NCBI GenBank assembly: GCA_964016885.1
Contig: CAXHJY010001669.1
Location: 62,001 to 126,000, forward strand
DNA from: Eledone cirrhosa
Taxonomy: Eukaryota
Length of the DNA stretch: 64,000 nucleotides
Direction: 5' to 3'
Shown here piece by piece: positions 1 to 17,469 of the stretch. Below the pieces are notes generated by a model. That model saw nothing but the letters and a program-made list of their open reading frames with translations, did not search any database and was not told the DNA's origin. The position numbers were made by a program, and so were the translations under genes. Within the stretch, counting starts at the first letter, position 1. Every line of letters starts with the position of its first letter.

Positions 1-3000
1 CACAGCCAGAGTTACCACCACCACCACTACTACTACCTCCACAGCCAGAGTTACCAACACCACCACTACTACTACTACTACTACCTCCACAGCCAGAGTT
101 ACCAACACCACCACTACTACTACTACTACCTCCACAGCCAGAGTTACCAACACCACCACCACTACTACTACTACCCCCACAGCCAGAGTTACCAACACCA
201 CCACTACTACTACTACCTCCACAGCCAGAGTTACCAACACCACCACCACCACTACTACTACTACCCCCACAGCCAGAGTTACCAACACCACCACCACTAC
301 TACTACTACTACCCCCACAGCCAGAGTTACAAACACCACCACCACTACTACTACTACTACTACCTCCACAGCCAGAGTTACCAACACCACCACCACTACC
401 TCCACAGCCAGAGTTACCAACACCACCACCACTACTACTACCCCCACAGCCAGAGTTACCAACACCACCACCACTACTACTACCCCCACAGCCAGAGTTA
501 CCAACACCACCACCTCTACTACTACCTGCACAGCCAGAGTTACCAACACCACCACCACTACTACTACTACCTCCACAGCCAGAGTTACCAAAACCACCAC
601 CACCACTACTACTACTACTACCTCCACAGCCAGAGTTACCACCACCACCACCACCACTACTACTACTACCTCCACAGCCAGAGTTACCAACACCACCACC
701 ACTACTACTACCTCCACAGCCAGAGTTACCAACACCACCACCACCACTACTACTACTACCTCCACAGCCAGAGTTACCAACACCACCACCACTACTACTA
801 CCTCCACAGCCAGAGTTACCAACACCACCACCACCACTACTACTACTACCTCCACAGCCAGAGTTACCAACACCACCACCACTACTACTACTACCTCCAC
901 AGCCAGAGTTACCAACACCACCACTACTACTACTAGTACCCCCACAGCCAGAGTTACCAACACCACCACTACTACTACCCCCACAGCCAGAGTTACCAAC
1001 ACCACCACCACCACCACTACTACTACCTCCACAGCCAGAGTTACCAACACCACCACTACTACTACTACCCCCACAGCCAGAGTTACCAACACCACCACTA
1101 CTACTACTACTACTACCTCCACAGCCAGAGTTACCAACACCACCACCACTACTACTACTACCCCCACAGCCAGAGTTACCAACACCACCACCACTACTAC
1201 TACTACCTCCACAGCCAGAGTTACCAACACCACCACCACTACTACTACTACTACCTCCACAACCAGAGTTACCAACACCACCACCACTACTACTACCTCC
1301 ACAGCCAGAGTTACCAACACCACCACCACTACTACTACTACTACCTCCACAGCCAGAGTTACCAACACCACCACCACTACTACTACCTCCACAGCCAGAG
1401 TTACCAACACCACCACTACTACTACTACTACCTCCACAGCCAGAGTTACCAACACCACCACCACTACTACTACTACTACCTCCACAGCTAGAGTTACCAC
1501 CACCACCACTACTACTACCTCCACAGCCAGAGTTACCAACACCACCACCACCACTACTACTACCTCCACAGCCAGAGTTACCAACACCACCACCACTACT
1601 ACTACCTCCACAGCCAGAGTTACCAACACCACCACCACTACTGCTACTACTACCTCCACAGCCAGAGTTACCAACACCACCACCACTACTACTACTACCT
1701 CCACAGCCAGAGTTACCAACACCACCACCACCACTACTACTACTACTACCTCCACAGCCAGAGTTACCACCACCACCACCACCACTACTACTACTACCTC
1801 CACAGCCAGAGTTACCAACACCACCACCACTACTACTACCTCCACAGCCAGAGTTACCAACACCACCACCACCACTACTACTACTACCTCCACAGCCAGA
1901 GCTACCTACACCACCACCACTACTACTACTACCTCCACAGCCAGAGTTACCAACACCACCACCACCACTACTACTACTACTACCTCCACAGCCAGAGTTA
2001 CCACCACCACCACCACCACTACTACTACTACCTCCACAGCCAGAGTTACCAACACCACCACCACTACTACTACTACCTCCACAGCCAGAGTTACCAACAC
2101 CACCACCACCACCACCACTAATATCCCCACAGCCAGAGTTACCAACACCACCACTACTACTACTACTACCCCCACAGCCAGAGTTACCAACACCACCACC
2201 AATACTACTACCTCCACAGCCAGAGTTACCAACACCACCACCACTACTACTACCTCCACAACCAGAGTTACCAACACCAACACCACTACTACTACTACCT
2301 CCACAGCCAGAGTTACCAACACCACCACTACTACTACTACCCCCACAGCCAGAGTTACCAACACCACCACTACTACTATTACTACTACCTCCACAGCCAG
2401 AGTTACCAACACCACCACTACTACTACTACTACCTCCACAGCCAGAGTTACCAACACCACCACCACTACTACTACTACCCCCACAGCCAGAGTTACCAAC
2501 ACCACCACCACTACTACCCCACAGCCAGAGTTACCAACACCACCACCACTACTACTACCTCCACAGCCAGAGTTACCAACACCACCACCACTACTACTAC
2601 TACTACCTCCACAGCCAGAGTTACCAACACCACCACCACTACTACTACCTCCACAGCCAGAGTTACCAACACCACCACCACTACTACTACCTCCACAGCC
2701 AGAGTTACCAACACCACCACCACTACTACTACCTCCACAGCCAGAGTTACCAACACCACCATTACTACTACTACTACCTCCACAGCCAGAGTTACCAACA
2801 CCACCACCACTACTACTACCTCCACAGCCAGAGTTACCAACACCACCACCACCACCACCACTAATATCCCCACAGCCAGAGTTACCAACACCACCACTAC
2901 TACTACTACTACCTCCACAGCCAGAGTTACCAACACCACCACTACTACTACTACCCCCACAGCCAGAGTTACCAACACCACCACTACTACTACTACTACT

Positions 3001-5301
3001 ACCCCCACAGCCAGAGTTACCAACACCACCACCAATACTACTACCTCCACAGCCAGAGTTACCAACACCACCACCACTACTACTACCTCCACAGCCAGAG
3101 TTACCAACACCAACACCACTACTACTACTACCTCCACAGCCAGAGTTACCAACACCACCACTACTACTACTACCCCCACAGCCAGAGTTACCAACACCAC
3201 CACTACTACTATTACTACTACCTCCACAGCCAGAGTTACCAACACCACCACTACTACTACTACTACCTCCACAGCCAGAGTTACCAACACCACCACCACT
3301 ACTACTACTACCCCCACAGCCAGAGTTACCAACACCACCACCACTACTACCCCACAGCCAGAGTTACCAACACCACCACCACTACTACTACCTCCACAGC
3401 CAGAGTTACCAACACCACCACCACTACTACTACTACTACCTCCACAGCCAGAGTTACCAACACCACCACCACTACTACTACCTCCACAGCCAGAGTTACC
3501 AACACCACCACCACTACTACTACCTCCACAGCCAGAGTTACCAACACCACCACCACTACTACTACCTCCACAGCCAGAGTTACCAACACCACCATTACTA
3601 CTACTACTACCTCCACAGCCAGAGTTACCAACACCACCACCACTACTACTACCTCCACAGCCAGAGTTACCAACACCACCACTACTACTACTACCTCCAC
3701 AGCCAGAGTTACCACCACCACCACCACCACTACTACTACCCCCACAGCCAGAGTTACCAACAGCACCACTAATACTACTACCTCCACAACTTGAGTTACC
3801 AACACCATCACCTCTACTACTACCCCCACAGCCAGAGTTACCAACACCACCACCACTACTACTACTACTACCTCCACAGCCAGAGTTACCAACACCACCA
3901 CCACTACTACTACCTCCAAAGCCAGAGTTACCAACACCACCACTACTACTACTACTACCTCCACAGCCAGAGTTACCAAAACCACCACCACCACTACTAC
4001 TACTACCTCCACAGCCAGAGTTACCAACACCACCACTACTACTACTACTACCTCCACAGCCAGAGTTACCAACACCACCACCACCACTACTACTACTACC
4101 TCCACAGCCAGAGTTACCAACACCACCACCACTATTACTACTACCTCCACAGCCAGAGTTACCAACACCACCACTACTACTACTACTACCTCCACAGCCA
4201 GAGTTACCAACACCACCACCACCACTACTACTACTACCTTCACAGCCAGAGTTACCATCACCACCACCACTACTACTACTACCTCCACAGCCAGAGTTAC
4301 CAACACCACCACCACTACTACTACCTCCACAGCCAGAGTTACCAACACCACCAGCACTACTACTACTACCTCCACAGCCAGAGTTACCAACACCACCACC
4401 ACCACCACCACTACTACTACCTCCACAGCCAGAGTTACCAACACCACCACCACTACTACTACCTCCACAGCCAGAGTTACAACACCACCACCACCACTAC
4501 TACTACTACCTCCACAGCCAGAGTTACCAACACCACCACCACCACTACTACTACTACCTCCACAGCCAGAGTTACCAACACCACCACTACTACTACTACT
4601 ACCTCCACAGCCAGAGTTACCAACACCACCACCACCACTACTGCTACTACTACCTCCACAGCCAGAGTTACCAACACCACCACTACTACTACTACTACCT
4701 CCATAGCCAGAGTTACCAACACCACCACTACTACTACTACCCCCACAGCCAGAGTTACCAACACCACCACTACTACTACTACTACTACCTCCACAGCCAG
4801 AGTTACCAACACCACCACTACTACTACTACTACCTCCACAGCCAGAGTTACCAACATCACCACCACTACTACTACTACCTCCACAGCCAGAGTTACCAAC
4901 ACCACCACTACTACTACTACCTCCACAGCCAGAGTTACCAACACCACCACCACTACTACTACCCCCACAGCCAGAGTTACCAACACGACCACCACTACTA
5001 CTACTACCTCCACAGCCAGAGTTACCAACACCACTATCACTACTACTACCTCCACAGCCAGAGTTACCGATACCACCACCACTACTACTACCCCCACAGC
5101 CAGAGTTACCAACATCACCACCACCACCACTACTACTACCTCCACAGCCAGAGTTACCAACACCACCACCACCACCACCACTACTACTACTACTACCTCC
5201 ACAGCCAGAGTTACCAACACCAACACCACCACCACTACCTCCACAGCCAGAGTTACCAACACCACCACCACTACTACTACCCCCACAGCCAGAGTTACCA
5301 A

Positions 5302-5352
<51 letters not shown>

Positions 5353-8300
5353 CTCCACAGCCAGAGTTACCAACACCACCACAACTACTACTACTACCTC
5401 CACAGCCAGAGTTACCAACACCACCACCACCACTACTACTACTACTACCCCCACAGCCAGAGTTACTAACACCACCACTACTACTACTACCCCCACAGCC
5501 AGAGTTACCACCACCACCACCATTACTACTACTACTACCTCCACAGCCAGAGTTACCACCACCACCACCACTACTACTACTACCCCCACAGCCAGAGTTA
5601 CCAACACCACCACCACTACTACTACTACTACCTCCACAGCCAGAGTTACCAACACCACCAACACTACTACTACTACCTCCACAGCCAGAGTTACCAACAC
5701 CACCACCATTACTACTACTACTACCTCCACAGCCAGAGTTACCACCACCACCACCACTACTACTACTACCCCCACAGCCAGAGTTACCAACACCACCACC
5801 ATTACTACTACTACTACCTCCACAGCCAGAGTTACCACCACCACCAACACTACTACTACTACCTCCACAGCCAGAGTTACCAACACCACCAACACTACTA
5901 CTACTACCCCCACAGCCAGAGTTACCAACATCACCACTACTACTACTACTACTACCTCCACAGCCAGAGTTACCACCACCACCACCAACACTACTACTAC
6001 TACCTCCACAGCCAGAGTTACCAACACCACCAACACTACTACTACCTCCACAGCCAGAGTTACCAACACCACCAACACTACTACTACTACCTCCACAGCC
6101 AGAGTTACCAACACCACCAACACTACTACTACCTCCACAGCCAGAGTTACCAACACCACCAACACTACTACTACTACCTCCACAGCCAGAGTTACCAACA
6201 CCACCAACACTACTACTACTACCCCCACAGCCAGAGTTACCAACATCACCACCAACACTACTACTACTACCTCCACAGCCAGAGTTACCAACACCACCAA
6301 CACTACTACTACTACCTCCACAGCCAGAGTTACCAACACCACCACCACTACTACTACTACCTCCACAGCCAGAGTTACCAACACCACCAACACTACTACT
6401 ACCTCCACAGCCAGAGTTACCAACACCACCACCACTACTACTACTACCCCCACAGCCAGAGTTACCAACACCACCACTACTACTACTACTACCCCCACAG
6501 CCAGAGTTACTAACACCACCACTACTACTACTACCCCCACAGCCAGAGTTACCAACATCACCACTACTACTACTACCCCCACAGCCAGAGTTACCAACAC
6601 CACCACTACTACTACTACTACTACCTCCACAGCCAGAGTTACCAACACCACCACTACTACTACTACTACTACTACCCCCACAGCCAGAGTTACCAACACC
6701 ACCACCACCACCACCACTACTACTACTACTACCTCCACAGCCAGAGTTACCAACACCACCACTACTACTACTACTACTACTACCTCCACAGCCAGAGTTA
6801 CCAACACCACCACTACTACTACTACTACTACCCCCACAGCCAGAGTTACCAACACCACCACTACTACTACTACTACCCCCACAGCCAGAGTTACCACCAC
6901 CACCACTACTACTACCTCCACAGCCAGAGTTACCAACACCACCACCACCACTACTACTACCTCCACAGCCAGAGTTACCAACACCACCACTACTACTACT
7001 ACTACCTCCACAGCCAGAGTTACCAACACCCCCACTACTACTACTACTACCTCCACAGCCAGAGTTACCAACACCACCACCACCACTACTACTACCTCCA
7101 CAGCCAGAGTTACCAACACCACCACCACTACTACTACTACCTCCACAGCCAGAGTTACCAACACCACCACCACTACTACTACTACTACCTCCATAGCCAG
7201 AGTTACCAACACCACCACCACCACTACTACTACTACCCCCACAGCCAGAGTTACCAACACCACCACTACTACTAGTACCCCCACAGCCAGAGTTACCAAC
7301 ACCACCACCACCAGTACTACTACCCCCACAGCCAGAGTTACCAACACCATCACTACTACTACCCCCACAGCCAGAGTTACCAACACCACCACCACTACCT
7401 CCACAGCCAGAGTTACCAACACCACCACCACTACTACTACTACTACCTCCACAGCCAGAGTTACCAACACCACCACCACTACTACTACTACTACCTCCAC
7501 AGCCAGAGTTACCAACACCACCACTACTAATACTACTACTACCTCCACAGCCAGAGTTACCAACACCACCACCACTACTACTACTACCCCCACAGCCAGA
7601 GTTACCAACACCACCACTACTAGTAATACTACCCCCACAGCCAGAGTTACCAACACCACCACTACTTCTACTACTACCCCCACAGCCAGAGTTACCAACA
7701 CCACCACCACTACTACTACCTCCACAGCCAGAGTTACCAACACCACCGCCACTACTACTACCCCCACAGCCAGAGTTACCAACACCACCACCACTACTAC
7801 TATCCCCACAGCCAGAGTTACCAACACCACCACCACTACTACTACCTCCACAGCCAGAGTTACCAACACCACCACCACTACTTCTACTACCTCCACAGCC
7901 AGAGTTACCAACACCACCACCACCACTACTACTACTACTACCTCCACAGCCAGAGTTACCACCACCACCACCACCAATACTACTACTACCTCCACAGCCA
8001 GAGTTACCAACACCACCACCACTACTACTACCTCCACAGCCAGAGTTACCAACACCACCACCACCACCACTACTACTACTACCTCCACAGCCAGAGTTAC
8101 CAACACCACCACCACCACTACTACTACTACCTCCACAGCCAGAGTTACCAACACCACCACCACCACTACTACTACTACCTCCACAGCCAGAGTTACCAGC
8201 ACCACCACTACTACTACTACTACCTCCACAGCCAGAGTTACCAACACCACCACCACCACTACTACTACTACCTCCACAGCCAGAGTTACCAACACCACCA

Positions 8301-11300
8301 CCACTACTACTACTACCTCCACAGCCAGAGTTACCAACACCACCACTACTACTACTACTACCCCCACAGCCAGAGTTACCAACACCACCACTACTACTAC
8401 CCCCACAGCCAGAGTTACCAACACCACCACCACTACTACTACTACCCCCACAGCCAGAGTTACCAACACCACCACCACTATTGCTACTACTACCTCCACA
8501 GCCAGAGTTACCAACACCACCACCACTACTACTACTACCTCCACAGCCAGAGTTACCAACACCACCACCACTACTACTACTACCCCCACAGCCAGAGTTA
8601 CCAACACCACCACCACTACTACTACTACCCCCACAGCCAGAGTTACCAACACCACCACCACTACTACTACTACCCCCACAGCCAGAGTTACCAACACCAC
8701 CACCACTACTACTACTACTACCTCCACAGCCAGAGTTACCAACACCACCACCACTACTACTACTACCTCCACAGCCAGAGTTACCAACACCACCACTACT
8801 ACTACTACTACCTCCACAGCCAGAGTTACCACCACCACCACCAACACTACTACTACTACCTCCACAGCCAGAGTTACCAACACCACCAACACTACTACTA
8901 CTACCTCCACAGCCAGAGTTACCAACACCACCAACACTACTACTACTACCTCCACAGCCAGAGTTACCAACACCACCAACACTACTACTACTACCTCCAC
9001 AGCCAGAGTTACCAACACCACCACCACTACTACTACTATCTCCACAGCCAGAGTTACCAACACCACCACCACTACTACTACTACCTCCACAGCCAGAGTT
9101 ACCAACACCACCACCACCACTACTACTACCTCCACAGCCAGAGTTACCAACACCACCAACACGACTACTACTACCTCGACAGCCAGAGTTACCAACACCA
9201 CCACCACTATTACTACTACCTCCATAGCCAGAGTTACCAACACCACCACCACTACTACTACTACCTCCACAGCCAGAGTTACCAGCACCACCACCACTAC
9301 TACTACCTCCACAGCCAGAGTTACCAACACCACCACCACTACTACTACTACCTCCACAGCCAGAGTTACCAACACCACCACCACCACTACTACTACTACC
9401 CCCACAGCCAGAGTTACCAACACCACCACCACTACTACTACCCCCACAGCCAGAGTTACCAACACCACCACCACCACTACTACTACCCCCACAGCCAAAG
9501 TTATCAGCACCACCACTACTACTACTACCTCCACAGCCAGAGTTACCAACACCACCACCACTACTACTACTACCTCCACAGCCAGAGTTACCAACACCAC
9601 CACCACCACTACTACTACTACCCCCACAGCCAGAGTTACCAACACCACCACCACTACTACTACCCCCACAGCCAGAGTTACCAACACCACCACCACCACT
9701 ACTACTACCCCCACAGCCAGAGTTATCAGCACCACCACTACTACTACTACTACCCCCACAGCCAGAGTTACCAACACCACCACTACTACTACTACCCCCA
9801 CAGCCAGAGTTACCAACACCACCACCACCACTACTACTACCCCCACAGCCAGAGTTATCAGCACCACCACCACTACTACTACTACCTCCACAGCCAGAGT
9901 TACCAACACCACCACCACCACTACTACTACTACCCCCACAGCCAGAGTTACCAACACCACCACCACTACTACTACCCCCACAGCCAGAGTTACCAACACC
10001 ACCGCCACCACTACTACTACTACCCCCACAGCCAGAGTTACCAACACCACCACCACTACTACTACCTCCACAGCCAGAGTTACCAACACCACCACCACTA
10101 CTACTACTACCTCTACAGCCAGAGTTACCAACACCACCACTACTACTACTACTACTACCCCCACAGCCAGAGTTACCACCACCACTACTACTACTATCTC
10201 CACAGCCAGAGTTACCAACACCACCACCACTACTACTACTACTACTACCTCCACAGCCAGAGTGACCAACACCACCACTACTACTACTACTACCCCCACA
10301 GCCAGAGTTACCAACACCACCACCACTACTACTACTACTACCTCCACAGCCAGAGTTACCAACACCACCACTACTACTACTACCTACACAGCCAGAGTTA
10401 CCAACACCACCACCACCACTACTACTACCCCCACAGCCAGAGTTACCAGCACCACCACTACTACTACTACTACTACCTCCACAGCCAGAGTTACCAACAC
10501 CACCACCACCACTACTACTACCTCCACAGCCAGAGTTACCAATACCACCACCACTACTACTACTACTACCTCCACAGCCAGAGTTACCAACACCACCACC
10601 ACTACTACTACTACTACCTCCACAGCCAGAGTTACCAACACCACCACCACTACTACTACAACTACCTCCACAGCCAGAGTTACCAATACCACCACCACTA
10701 CTACTACCTCCACAGCCAGAGTTACCAATACCACCACCACTACTACTACCTCCACAGCCAGAGTTACCAACACCACCACCACCACTACTACTGCTACCTC
10801 CACAGCCAGAGTTACCAACACCACCACCACTACTACTACTACTACCTCCACAGCCAGAGTTACCAACACCACCACTACTACTACCCCCACAGCCAGAGTT
10901 ACCAACACCACCACCACCACTACTGCTACTACTACCTCCACAGCCAGAGTTACCAACACCACCACCACCACCACCACTACTGCTACCTCCACAGCCAGAG
11001 TTACCAACACCACCACCACTACTACTACTACTACTACCTCCACAGCCAGAGTTACCAACACCACCACCACCACTACTACTGCTACCTCCACAGCCAGAGT
11101 TACCAACACCACCACCACTACTACTACTACTACCTCCACAGCCAGAGTTACCAACACCACCACTACTACTACCCCCACAGCCAGAGTTACCAACACCACC
11201 ACCACCACTACTGCTACTACTACCTCCACAGCCAGAGTTACCAACACCACCACCACCACCACCACTACTGCTACCTCCACAGCCAGAGTTACCAACACCA

Positions 11301-14300
11301 CCACCACTACTACTACTACTACTACCTCCACAGCCAGAGTTACCAACACCACCACCACCACTACTACTGCTACCTCCACAGCCAGAGTTACCAACACCAC
11401 CACCACCACCACTACTACTGCTACCTCCACAGCCAGAGTTACCAACACCACCACCACTACTACTACTACTACCTCCACAGCCAGAGTTACCAACACCACC
11501 ACTACTACTACCCCCACAGCCAGAGTTACCAACACCACCACCACCACTACTGCTACTACTACCTCCACAGCCAGAGTTACCAACACCACCACCACCACCA
11601 CCACCACTACTGCTACCTCCACAGCCAGAGTTACCAACACCACCACCACTACTACTACTACTACTACCCCCACAGCCAGAGTTACCAACACCACCACCAC
11701 CACTACTACTACCTCCACAGCCAGAGTTACCAACACCACCACCACCACTACTACTACTACCTCCACAGCCAGAGTTACCAACACCACCACCACTACTACT
11801 ACTACCTCCACAGCCAGAGTTACCAACACCACCACCACCACTACTACTACCTCCACAGCCAGAGTTACCAACACCACCACCACTACTACTACTACTACCT
11901 CCACAGCCAGAGTTACCAACACCACCACCACCACTACTACTACCTCCACAGCCAGAGTTACCAACACCACCACCACTACTACTACTACTACCTCCACAGC
12001 CAGAGTTACCAACACCACCACCACCACTACTACTACCTCCACAGCCAGAGTTACCAACACCACCACTACTACTACTACTACCTCCACAGCCAGAGTTACC
12101 AATACCACCACCACCACTACTACTACCTCCACAGCCAGAGTTACCAACACCACCACTACTACTACTACTACCTCCACAGCCAGAGTTACCAACACCACCA
12201 CCACCACTACTACTACCTCCACAGCCAGAGTTACCAACACCACCACTACTACTACTACTACCTCCACAGCCAGAGTTACCAACACCACCACCACCACTAC
12301 TACTACCTCCACAGCCAGAGTTACCAACACCACCACCACTACTACTACTACCTCCACAGCCAGAGTTACCAACACCACCACCACCACTACTACTACCTCC
12401 ACAGCCAGAGTTACCAACACCACCACCACCACTACTACTACCTCCACAGCCAGAGTTACCAATACCACCACCACCACCACTACTACTACCTCCACAGCCA
12501 GAGTTACCAACACCACCACCACTACTACTACTACTACCTCCACAGCCAGAGTTACCAACACCACCACCACCACTACTACTACCTCCACAGCCAGAGTTAC
12601 CAGCACCACCACCACCACTACTACTACCTCCACAGCCAGAGTTACCAACACCACCACTACTACTACTACTACCTCCACAGCCAGAGTTACCAACACCACC
12701 ACCACCACTACTACTACCTCCACAGCCAGAGTTACCAATACCACCACCACCACTACTACTACCTCCACAGCCAGAGTTACCAACACCACCACCACTACTA
12801 CTACTACTACTACCTCCACAGCCAGAGTTACCAACACCACCACTACTACTACTACTACCTCCACAGCCAGAGTTACCAACACCACCACTACTACTACTAC
12901 TACTACCTCCACAGCCAGAGTTACCACCACCACCACCACCACTACTACTACTACTACTACCTCCACAGCCAGAGTTACCAACACCACCACCACTACTACT
13001 ACCTCCACAGCCAGAGTTACCAACACCACCACCACCACTACTACTACTACCTCCACAGCCAGAGTTACCAACACCACCACCACTACTACTACTACTACTA
13101 CCCCCACAGCCAGAGTTACCAACACCACCACCACCACTACTACTACCTCCACAGCCAGAGTTACCAACACCACCACCACCACTACTACTACTACCTCCAC
13201 AGCCAGAGTTACCAACACCACCACCACTTCTACTACTACTACTACCCCCACAGCCAGAGTTACCAACACCACCACCACCACTACTACTACCTCCACAGCC
13301 AGAGTTACCAACACCACCACCACCACTACTACTACTACCTCCACAGCCAGAGTTACCAACACCACCACCACCACTACTACTACTACCTCCACAGCCAGAG
13401 TTACCAACACCACCACCACTACTACTACTACTACTACCCCCACAGCCAGAGTTACCAACACCACCACCACCACTACTACTACCTCCACAGCCAGAGTTAC
13501 CAACACCACCACCACCACTACTACTACTACCTCCACAGCCAGAGTTACCAACACCACCACCACTACTACTACTACTACCTCCACAGCCAGAGTTACCAAC
13601 ACCACCACCACTACTACTACTACTACCTCCACAGCCAGAGTTACCAACACCACCACCACCACTACTACTACCTCCACAGCCAGAGTTACCAACACCACCA
13701 CCACTACTACTACTACTACCTCCACAGCCAGAGTTACCAACACCACCACCACCACTACTACTACCTCCACAGCCAGAGTTACCAACACCACCACTACTAC
13801 TACTACTACCTCCACAGCCAGAGTTACCAATACCACCACCACCACTACTACTACCTCCACAGCCAGAGTTACCAACACCACCACTACTACTACTACTACC
13901 TCCACAGCCAGAGTTACCAACACCACCACCACCACTACTACTACCTCCACAGCCAGAGTTACCAGCACCACCACTACTACTACTACCTCCACAGCCAGAG
14001 TTACCAACACCACCACTACTGCTACTACTACCTCCACATCCAGAGTTACCAACACCACCACTACTACTACTACTACCTCCACAGCCAGAGTTACCAACAT
14101 CACCACCACTACTACTACTATCCCCACAGCCAGAGTTACCAACACCACCACCACTACTACTACTACTACCTCCACAGCCAGAGTTACCAACACCACCACC
14201 ACCACTACTACTACCTCCACAGCCAGAGTTACCAACACCACCACCACCACTACTACTACCCCCACAGCCAGAGTTACCAACACCACCGCCACCACTACTA

Positions 14301-14503
14301 CTACTACACCCACAGCCAGAGTTACCAACACCACCACCACTACTACTACCTCCACAGCCAGAGTTACTAACACCACCACCACTACTACTACTACCTCTAC
14401 AGCCAGAGTTACCAACACCACCACTACTACTACTACTACTACCCCCACAGCCAGAGTTACCACCACCACTACTACTACTATCTCCACAGCCAGAGTTACC
14501 AAC

Positions 14504-14538
<35 letters not shown>

Positions 14539-17437
14539 CTCCACAGCCAGAGTGACCAACACCACCACTACTACTACTACTACCCCCACAGCCAGAGTTA
14601 CCAACACCACCACCACTACTACTACTACTACCTCCACAGCCAGAGTTACCAACACCACCACTACTACTACTACCTCCACAGCCAGAGTTACCAACACCAC
14701 CACCACCACTACTACTACCCCCACAGCCAGAGTTACCAGCACCACCTCTACTACTACTACTACTACCTCCACAGCCAGAGTTACCAGCACCACCACCACC
14801 ACTACTACTACCTCCACAGCCAGAGTTACCAATACCACCACCACTACTACTACTACTACCTCCACAGCCAGAGTTACCAACACCACCACCACTACTACTA
14901 CTACTACCTCCACAGCCAGAGTTACCAACACCACCACCACTACTACTACTACTACCTCCACAGCCAGAGTTACCAACACCACCACTACTACTACTACCTC
15001 CACAGCCAGAGTTACCAATACCACCACCACTACTACTACCCCCACAGCCAGAGTTACCAACACCACCACCACTACTACTACTACCCCCACAGCCAGAGTT
15101 ACCAACACCACCACCACCACCACCACTACAACTACCTCCACAGCCAGAGTTACCAATACCACCACCACTACTAATACCTCCACAGCCAGAGTTACCAATA
15201 CCACCACCACTACTACTACCTCCACAGCCAGAGTTACCAACACCACCACCACCACTACTACTGCTACCTCCACAGCCAGAGTTACCAACACCACCACCAC
15301 TACTACTACTACTACCTCCACAGCCAGAGTTACCAACACCACCACTACTACTACCCCCACAGCCAGAGTTACCAACACCACCACCACCACTACTGCTACT
15401 ACTACCTCCACAGCCAGAGTTACCAACACCACCACCACCACCACCACTACTGCTACCTCCACAGCCAGAGTTACCAACACCACCACCACTACTACTACTA
15501 CTACTACCTCCACAGCCAGAGTTACCAACACCACCACCACCACTACTACTGCTACCTCCACAGCCAGAGTTACCAACACCACCACCACTACTACTACTAC
15601 TACCTCCACAGCCAGAGTTACCAACACCACCACTACTACTACCCCCACAGCCAGAGTTACCAACACCACCACCACCACTACTGCTACTACTACCTCCACA
15701 GCCAGAGTTACCAACACCACCACCACCACCACCACTACTGCTACCTCCACAGCCAGAGTTACCAACACCACCACCACTACTACTACTACTACTACCTCCA
15801 CAGCCAGAGTTACCAACACCACCACCACCACTACTACTGCTACCTCCACAGCCAGAGTTACCAACACCACCACCACCACTACTACTGCTACCTCCACAGC
15901 CAGAGTTACCAACACCACCACCACTACTACTACTACTACCTCCACAGCCAGAGTTACCAACACCACCACCACCACTACTACTACCCCCACAGCCAGAGTT
16001 ACCAACACCACCACCACCACTACTGCTACTACTACCTCCACAGCCAGAGTTACCAACACCACCACCACCACCACCACCACTACTGCTACCTCCACAGCCA
16101 GAGTTACCAACACCACCACCACTACTACTACTACTACTACCCCCACAGCCAGAGTTACCAACACCACCACCACCACTACTACTACCTCCACAGCCAGAGT
16201 TACCAACACCACCACCACCACTACTACCTCCACAGCCAGAGTTACCAACACCACCACCACTACTACTACTACCTCCACAGCCAGAGTTACCAACACCACC
16301 ACCACCACTACTACTACCTCCACAGCCAGAGTTACCAACACCACCACCACTACTACTACTACTACCTCCACAGCCAGAGTTACCAACAGCACCACCACCA
16401 CTACTACTACCTCCACAGCCAGAGTTACCAACACCACCACCACTACTACTACTACAACCTCCACAGCCAGAGTTACCAACACCACCACCACCACTACTAC
16501 TACCTCCACAGCCAGAGTTACCAACACCACCACTACTACTACTACTACCTCCACAGCCAGAGTTACCAATACCACCACCACCACTACTACTACCTCCACA
16601 GCCAGAGTTACCAACACCACCACTACTACTACTACTACCTCCACAGCCAGAGTTACCAACACCACCACCACCACTACTACTACCTCCACAGCCAGAGTTA
16701 CCAACACCACCACTACTACTACTACTACCTCCACAGCCAGAGTTACCAACACCACCACCACCACTACTACTACCTCCACAGCCAGAGTTACCAACACCAC
16801 CACCACTACTACTACTACCTCCACAGCCAGAGTTACCAATACCACCACCACCACTACTACTACCTCCACAGCCAGAGTTACCAACACCACCACCACTACT
16901 ACTACTACTACCTCCACAGCCAGAGTTACCAACACCACCACCACCACTACTACTACCTCCACAGCCAGAGTTACCAGCACCACCACCACCACTACTACTA
17001 CCTCCACAGCCAGAGTTACCAACACCACCACTACTACTACTACTACCTCCACAGCCAGAGTTACCAATACCACCACCACCACTACTACTACCTCCACAGC
17101 CAGAGTTACCAACACCACCACTACTACTACTACTACCTCCACAGCCAGAGTTACCAACACCACCACCACCACTACTACTACCTCCACAGCCAGAGTTACC
17201 AACACCACCACCGCTACTACTACTACCTCCACAGCCAGAGTTACCAATACCACCACCACCACTACTACTACCTCCACAGCCAGAGTTACCAACACCACCA
17301 CCACTACTACTACTACTACTACCTCCACAGCCAGAGTTACCAACACCACCACTACTACTACTACTACCTCCACAGCCAGAGTTACCAACACCACCACTAC
17401 TACTACTACTACCTCCACAGCCAGAGTTACCACCACC

Positions 17438-17469
<32 letters not shown>

